Assembly (NCBI GenBank): GCA_963555995.3
Contig: OY821641.1
Coordinates: 2,240,001-2,304,000, forward strand
Reading direction: 5' to 3'
Length of the DNA: 64,000 bases
Source: Vicinamibacteria bacterium
GTDB taxonomy: Bacteria; Acidobacteriota; Vicinamibacteria; Marinacidobacterales; Marinacidobacteraceae
Every line of letters begins with the position of its first letter. Positions within the stretch are counted from its first letter, which is position 1. Position numbers and translations under genes: made by a program. The notes under the pieces are model-generated. The model worked only from the letters and a program-made list of their open reading frames with translations, searched no databases and was not told the origin of the DNA. Shown here one piece after another: positions 58,654-64,000 of the stretch.

Positions 58654-59557
58654 CTTCCTCGCCGTCGCCGACCGGATCGTGCGCGACGAGCCGGGACTGG
58701 CGGCCTGCCTCCCGGTCATCGAGAAGGAACTGCTGCACGTCGAGATATTGCGCGCCATGCATCAGGCGGGACACCTGCGGCGCCTGGCGTTCAAAGGTGG
58801 GACGTGCCTGCGGCTGTGCCATGGCGGGCTGCGCTTCAGCGAGGACCTGGACTTCTCCGGAGGGAGCTCGTTCGATCACGCGCTGCTGGGGGACATCGAG
58901 GATGTCGTGCGGGCGCGGGTCGGGCAGCGTTACGGCCTGGAGGTAACCGTGGCCTCGCCGGCGCCCGTGGATGGCGGGACGCGCTCGGTGAGCCGCTGGG
59001 TCGCCCGCATCGTCACGCGCCCCGCGGGCCGGGACTCGCGCCTCGGCGTGCAGCGCATCAAGCTCGAGATAGACGACCGGGAAGCGCCGCCCGATGTCGC
59101 GCCGCTCCCGGTTCGGCAGCGCCACGCGCTGCTGGCGGACGACTTCACGACATTCCCGATTCGGGCGGCGTCCGTGGCGGACATCTGCACCGACAAGATG
59201 GTCGCCTACCCGATGTCCGTGCTGACGCGCGACAACCCGCGACATCGCGACGTATGGGACATCGCCTGGATCACGGAGCGGCTGGGCGAGGATGCCGCCG
59301 GCCTCGCTGCCCGGGCCGCCGACAAGATTGCGGCCCGCGGGTTGGGCGGTCGCATGCCCGATGCGCTGCGGCTGACAGTCGAGCGCAGCGACGCCCTCAT
59401 CGAGTCCGAAGGCTTTCGCGCCACGTTGCAGCGCTTCGTGCCCCGTGACGTGGCGGTTCGCACGGTCGGAGACCCGCAGTACCGGCGGCGGCTCGTCGAA
59501 ACGATCCGGCGGTTCTGCGAAGCCGTACTCGCCACCCTGTCGACGCAACCGCGCTGA
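58646..59557 (+). CDS. abiEii: Type IV TA nucleotidyltransferase toxin, AbiEii family
   Basis: IEKE, FKGGT.LRL.HG..RFSEDLDF, DK, RDVWDI; ATG 58646. Confidence 0.92.
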   Translation: MRDFLAVADRIVRDEPGLAACLPVIEKELLHVEILRAMHQAGHLRRLAFKGGTCLRLCHGGLRFSEDLDFSGGSSFDHALLGDIEDVVRARVGQRYGLEVTVASPAPVDGGTRSVSRWVARIVTRPAGRDSRLGVQRIKLEIDDREAPPDVAPLPVRQRHALLADDFTTFPIRAASVADICTDKMVAYPMSVLTRDNPRHRDVWDIAWITERLGEDAAGLAARAADKIAARGLGGRMPDALRLTVERSDALIESEGFRATLQRFVPRDVAVRTVGDPQYRRRLVETIRRFCEAVLATLSTQPR

Positions 59558-59676
59558 AGGTGTCACCCGGACTCCGCCCCGTCCCGGCGATCAGCCTTCC
59601 GTCAGCACGGCGGCGTCGCCAGATCCTTTGACGTTTCGGAAGCCGATTGGCGTATGCTGGCTCGCACTCGCAAGTG

Positions 59677-60843
59677 ATGAGCGCCTTGGCCCGAAACGCC
59701 GCCGTCGTCATTCTGCTCGCGGGCTGCGGCGGCGGCGTGGATGGAAACCCATCCGCTCCGCCAGCTACGGCTACGGCTCCGTCTCCCGCGCCCGTCGAAC
59801 CGCCGGCCCCCGTTCTCCAAGCGCAGGTGTCGGTCTATTCGATCCCGAGCCCCTATTCAGACAACTACACCGAAGGCATGTGGATTCGGCTGACTGCGGA
59901 GTTCGATGAACCTGTCAGGGTCGACGGAAATCCCCGCCTGGCCATCAGCATCGGAGAGAACACGCGCTATGCCGATGCGACACCCGACGAGGGAATTCGC
60001 TATTCCGGCCCTGACCACAAGGCGCAACGGGACACCCTGCTTCGGTTTGACTACATGATCCAGGCCGACGACCGAGACCCCGACGGCATCAGCATCGAGG
60101 TCGACTCATTTGACTTTGCCGAGGGCACGATCACGGGCCGGGACAGCTCCGAGATCGACGTCGAGATCACGTCTATAACGCCCGCCGAGGCATACCCGAC
60201 AGGGGGCGTGAACCCGCGTCGGCGGTGGGCGCCCACCCGCGAGCCGGGGATGGATATGCCGGAGCAACCGGTAGCCGGACGCCCGCAGCCGAGGGCTTGC
60301 ACGGACGAGCAGCAGCGTGCCCTCGGCAGACACCCAATCCTTGTCGAGGAATGGGACGGAACCCCGTTCACCTTCTATTTCAACACAAACGGGATGCCGG
60401 AGCACCTACAGCCCGACGCCGAACGTGTGTTGGTCGCAGCCGAACACTTGGCTGATCGGATCAAGGACCAGATCGGTTATTCCATTTTCGAGGTGGAGGG
60501 CTTCCTGGAGAATCCACGGATCGAATATCCCACCAGCGGTCGCCACTGCCCTTGGCGCAAGCCGGGGCAGATCGTGTGGATGTACTGGGAGAGAGCACAG
60601 GCGAACTACGAGTGCGCGATGGGGGCTGGCAGTTTGACATTCTCAAACGGTTCCGTCGCACATACAACCTTCCACATCTTCGGCTTTGACCACTCCCCTA
60701 ACGACTGGAGGGGCGAGCACGACTATTGGAAAGGGAACTGGATGAGCCTTCGGCTGACCGGAGTTTACGAGGACGATGAGGACATCGGCGTAACATATGA
60801 AGATGTGGATGCCCTACGCTGTATCTACCCCAAGACAGGTTAG
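59677..60843 (+). CDS. Lipoprotein: beta-sandwich domain plus metzincin-like domain lacking the catalytic Glu
   Basis: LAGC lipobox, Pro/Ala linker, HTTFHIFGFDH, WMS, DVDALRCIY. Confidence 0.75.
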   Translation: MSALARNAAVVILLAGCGGGVDGNPSAPPATATAPSPAPVEPPAPVLQAQVSVYSIPSPYSDNYTEGMWIRLTAEFDEPVRVDGNPRLAISIGENTRYADATPDEGIRYSGPDHKAQRDTLLRFDYMIQADDRDPDGISIEVDSFDFAEGTITGRDSSEIDVEITSITPAEAYPTGGVNPRRRWAPTREPGMDMPEQPVAGRPQPRACTDEQQRALGRHPILVEEWDGTPFTFYFNTNGMPEHLQPDAERVLVAAEHLADRIKDQIGYSIFEVEGFLENPRIEYPTSGRHCPWRKPGQIVWMYWERAQANYECAMGAGSLTFSNGSVAHTTFHIFGFDHSPNDWRGEHDYWKGNWMSLRLTGVYEDDEDIGVTYEDVDALRCIYPKTG

Positions 60844-61192
60844 CCGTAACCCGCATCTCTCGCAGCGCTTCACGACCCGTGGAGACGCCTTCTTCCCAAG
60901 GCCTCAGACGAACGTCGGCAGACGCTGGAGATCTGCGTCATAAGCACCTGTTGAGTCAGCTCGTCGAGAGCCGACCGAACCCCAAGGCATCTCGGTCAGA
61001 CCAACCCAGCGATCTCAGTCCCGAGCTTGCTTTCACGGGTTCCCGACCGACCCCCGACCGAACACAACGTGCCCCGACGCTGTTGGCAACATGACCCGAA
61101 AACTCCTCTCCCTCGCCAGTATTTTTTGACGTCGTCGGCGGCTACCAAGGGATCGCCGATACTCGCACAGGCGCCACTGCGGGTTGGCGAGA

Positions 61193-62266
61193 TCACTGGC
61201 TATTTGGGGCGGGCGGCCTGGACACCTCCAGGATTGCGAGGCACTCACGGACATTGGCTGCCGTGCGTTCAAGATTCAGCAAGCCATTCTCTCCGCACAC
61301 CTGCCACTCTTGGCGGGGCACGGCCGCGACGGCCATCGTCTGGCCGAATCCGAATCTGGCTGGGCGTTCCGCTCGGGTGGCGCCCTTCCGGTGCATGACT
61401 TCACGATGCCAGTGAGAGCGAAGGTCGCGATACCTCTCCCGCGGTGCGCCTCCGCAATTGATGCGAAACATCAACTTCCCGTCTCGTACTCCGCTTTCGT
61501 CGGCCGATTCGCCGCCCTCGATCTGAATGTAGGCCGTGATTTCGTCGCGGCAGACAAAACCCGCATAGAACCCCAGGAAGCCCCTCGATTGATTTGGGAC
61601 ATAGGACCAGTCTCCGCCTTCGATGTACTCTTCGAGCGCAGCATAGAAGCCTTGCCACGCATGCCAGCCCCACATCTCCGGTCTGTCGGTTGCCCAAGCC
61701 TGGACCTGATCTTCCCAGCGACGTAGGCGAGTAACGAAGTCGCCGAGAATGTCACTCTCAGCGAGTGCCTTGCTTTGTCCTTCAAGCACCCCGAGTAGAT
61801 TCTTGCGGAGCAGAATTGCGTTGCCTCGTTCGCTGATGTCACGGAGGCTCGTATTCGACTGATCACCCGTCTTCAGGTAAACGGGGAGAATCCTCTCCTC
61901 GGGCAGTTCGTTGCCGATGCGCTCCCGGTAACGCCGCATTTGATTCGTCCGTTCCACGGTGTCTATCTTGTCTTCGACAAGAATCGCCGTGTGACTGTCT
62001 TGACCCGCGTTGAGATGGCAGACAACATCCATGTTCTGCCTTCCACGAACAGGTTCTACGCTTTGGATCTTTTCCGGAAGAGACTTGTCCGCGCTGACCT
62101 GCCCGATATGCATCAGGAGCGCTCTTCCCACGTCATGCAGAGCGACGCTCATGTCACGGCAACTAGGATCTGCCCACCGCAACAGCCAACAGATCATGGC
62201 GTCCTGAGATAGCTCTGATGTGGCGTACTCGAAGAGATTGGGACGATCACGAACGACGTTAGTCAT
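61193..62266 (-). CDS. PD-(D/E)XK nuclease-family protein
   Basis: AAGGAG RBS; NLF.YATSELSQDA...WLL, D...VEDK.......Q..RY; lower GC. Confidence 0.82.
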   Translation of the reverse strand: MTNVVRDRPNLFEYATSELSQDAMICWLLRWADPSCRDMSVALHDVGRALLMHIGQVSADKSLPEKIQSVEPVRGRQNMDVVCHLNAGQDSHTAILVEDKIDTVERTNQMRRYRERIGNELPEERILPVYLKTGDQSNTSLRDISERGNAILLRKNLLGVLEGQSKALAESDILGDFVTRLRRWEDQVQAWATDRPEMWGWHAWQGFYAALEEYIEGGDWSYVPNQSRGFLGFYAGFVCRDEITAYIQIEGGESADESGVRDGKLMFRINCGGAPRERYRDLRSHWHREVMHRKGATRAERPARFGFGQTMAVAAVPRQEWQVCGENGLLNLERTAANVRECLAILEVSRPPAPNSQ

Positions 62267-62381
62267 GATACTCCTTTAGGGGCATTACACATCTCGACGA
62301 TTTGGCCATCGAGCGTTGCGTCCGTTTGGCGGACGGCACACCGAACCAACGGCCGACCTGAATTGCACGAAGGCAGAACCG

Positions 62382-64000
62382 TCAAGGCGCCGCTGCCAGT
62401 GAACCGTCTCCCGGCCGCAACCGAGCATCCACGTCTCGGCCATCGCCTTGCGCGATTGGCTCACACGCGGTCCGCAGGATCTCGGTGTTCACCGGCTCGA
62501 AGCCGGCGAGCGCGCGGGTGATCTCGCCGGGTCGCGGCGTGGAACCGCTTCCGGTGAGCAGCGTCCGGAACCGGAGGGTGAGGCGGTCGGCGGAGCAGCC
62601 GAGGAGCGCCGCCTCGGCGGCGGCGGGGGCGAGGCGGACGTCGTCCACGAAGTCCCGGAGGTTGACCTCCACCGTGCGTTCGGCTGGCCCGGCGGGCGCC
62701 CGCGGGCCGCGGCGCCGCGATTTCGCCTTCACGCGGCGAGTCAACCCGACGGGCCAGCGGTCGGCGCGCGAGAACGCTTCCAGGCGGGCCTCGACGCTCG
62801 CCGGCTCGAGGTCGGCGGCGAGGAGGACCGCGTAGTGGAGCGCCCCGATCCAGCGAGAGAGCTTCGGTTCGCCCGGAGGCACCCGGGTCAGATCGGTGAA
62901 CCGGAGCCCCTCCTCGGAAGCCCCGCGCAGCGCCTCCAGAACGTGGACCTCGGGCAACTCTTCCGTAAGCGCGAACTCGCAGAACTCGCCGAGCGACTGC
63001 ACCCCGAGCGGGAGGGCGGGACCGAAACTGAGCTTCGGGCGGGGGGAGAAGCCCTCGCTGAAGCGGATCGGAAGGCCGGCGCGGCGGAGGACCCGGGGGA
63101 GGATGCGGATCAGCTCGCCGTGGCCCCGGAGCGCCATGGGGCCGAACTTGTCGAAGCGCGCCCGATAGACCACCGGCTCGCCCTGGAAGGCGCGGACGGG
63201 AGGCGCCGGACGGCGGGAACCAGCCGGGGACGCGGGGGGCGCGGCGGCGGCGACCACCGGGAGCAGGACTTCTTCGGCGCTGCGCGGTTCCTCGGCGCCC
63301 AGGCTCTCGAGGAACTCGATCCGCTCGGTCCGCATGCCGTCGAGGTCGCAGGCGACGCCGCAGTGGTAGCAGACCAGCCGGCGTTCGTCGGCGCGGGCGT
63401 CGGCGGCGTTCGTGTGGTGCACCTGCATCGAGACCGGCTTCCCGCAGGGCGGCGAGGCGCGGTCCTTGAGCGAGCGCCGGTACTCGCGGAGCAGGAAGCC
63501 GTCCGCGAGTCCGACGTCCACGTGCTCCCAGGGGAGCCGGCCGTCCACCGGGATGGTGCCGAGGTAGTCCCCGCGAAGGGCGCCGGTCTCGGACTCCCAG
63601 CGTTCGAGGGCCTCTTCCCAGAGCTCCCAGCGGAGCTGCTCGTCCCACCCGTCGAAGCGGGCGCCGAGCCGGAAGGCGATCTCGACCAGGCGCGCGGTCC
63701 GGATGTCGCCCCGCGCCAGGATCCCCTCGAGGTGGCTCACCCGCCGGTCGTGGGTGCGGAGCCGGAAGCCGTCCTGCCGCGCCCGTTCCTGCAGGAGTTC
63801 CTGCTTCCGCTCGATCTCGGCCATCGAGTCCTGGGCGCACCACTGGAAGGGCGTGTGGGGCTTGGGGACGTGGCTCGAAACGGAGACCGTGATCCGGACG
63901 CGGCGCTTCGCCTCCCGGTCGCCGATGTGGCGGGCCTGCCGCCCCATGTCGGCGATCCCGAGCACATCCTCGTCCTCTTCGGTCGGCAGCCCGATCATGA
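62382..64000 (-). CDS. Radical SAM protein (TIGR03960-like) fused to a TIGR03936/DUF2344 domain (5' part outside window)
   Basis: MIGLPTE..ED, VPKPHTPFQW, GARFDGW.E, LPW; RRAGLP..FSEGF.PRP..SFGPAL.LG..S..E. Confidence 0.9.
   Translation of the reverse strand, partial: MIGLPTEEDEDVLGIADMGRQARHIGDREAKRRVRITVSVSSHVPKPHTPFQWCAQDSMAEIERKQELLQERARQDGFRLRTHDRRVSHLEGILARGDIRTARLVEIAFRLGARFDGWDEQLRWELWEEALERWESETGALRGDYLGTIPVDGRLPWEHVDVGLADGFLLREYRRSLKDRASPPCGKPVSMQVHHTNAADARADERRLVCYHCGVACDLDGMRTERIEFLESLGAEEPRSAEEVLLPVVAAAAPPASPAGSRRPAPPVRAFQGEPVVYRARFDKFGPMALRGHGELIRILPRVLRRAGLPIRFSEGFSPRPKLSFGPALPLGVQSLGEFCEFALTEELPEVHVLEALRGASEEGLRFTDLTRVPPGEPKLSRWIGALHYAVLLAADLEPASVEARLEAFSRADRWPVGLTRRVKAKSRRRGPRAPAGPAERTVEVNLRDFVDDVRLAPAAAEAALLGCSADRLTLRFRTLLTGSGSTPRPGEITRALAGFEPVNTEILRTACEPIAQGDGRDVDARLRPGDGSLAAAP

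Noticed and set aside
60844-61192. Possible ncRNA or small gene between the lipoprotein and the nuclease
   Set aside because: No convincing ORF, RBS, repeat or stable structure seen by eye.

Overview
Very GC-rich bacterial DNA. The gene content (DUF1592/DUF1552/ankyrin cytochrome clusters, NHL-repeat lipoproteins, a BNR/VPS10-type hydrolase, many toxin-antitoxin (TA) pairs and AAA/PD-(D/E)XK genes) suggests Acidobacteriota, possibly host-associated; this is inference only. Housekeeping and metabolic genes (xth, lhgO, pepA, acs, trkAH, two SSS transporters plus a PLP decarboxylase, an amidase plus two asparaginase homologues, a radical SAM gene) alternate with accessory patches. These patches carry five TA-type pairs, Uma2 and PD-(D/E)XK nucleases, AAA/DUF4143 ATPases and their remnants. 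A family of REP/REPIN-like palindromic elements is scattered through the window; it shows compensatory stem changes, fixed lengths (201 and 163 bp) and GNA-triloop hairpins. The best candidate for an undescribed system is at about 41.0-44.6 kb. There, a mosaic, acidic surface-lipoprotein gene is bracketed by a perfect 10-bp inverted repeat placed exactly 6 nt from its start and stop codons, next to a divergent tyrosine recombinase; this could be a whole-gene inversion/phase-variation locus. Other highlights are a catalytically degenerate asparaginase paralogue translationally coupled to a variant active-looking one, a Glu-less metzincin-like lipoprotein, an AbiEii-like toxin with an unrecognised partner, a 445-bp direct repeat flanking an ATPase, and a tRNA-like 5' half. 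I found no rRNA, intact tRNA or CRISPR array. All family assignments come from reading motifs by eye, not from database searches.
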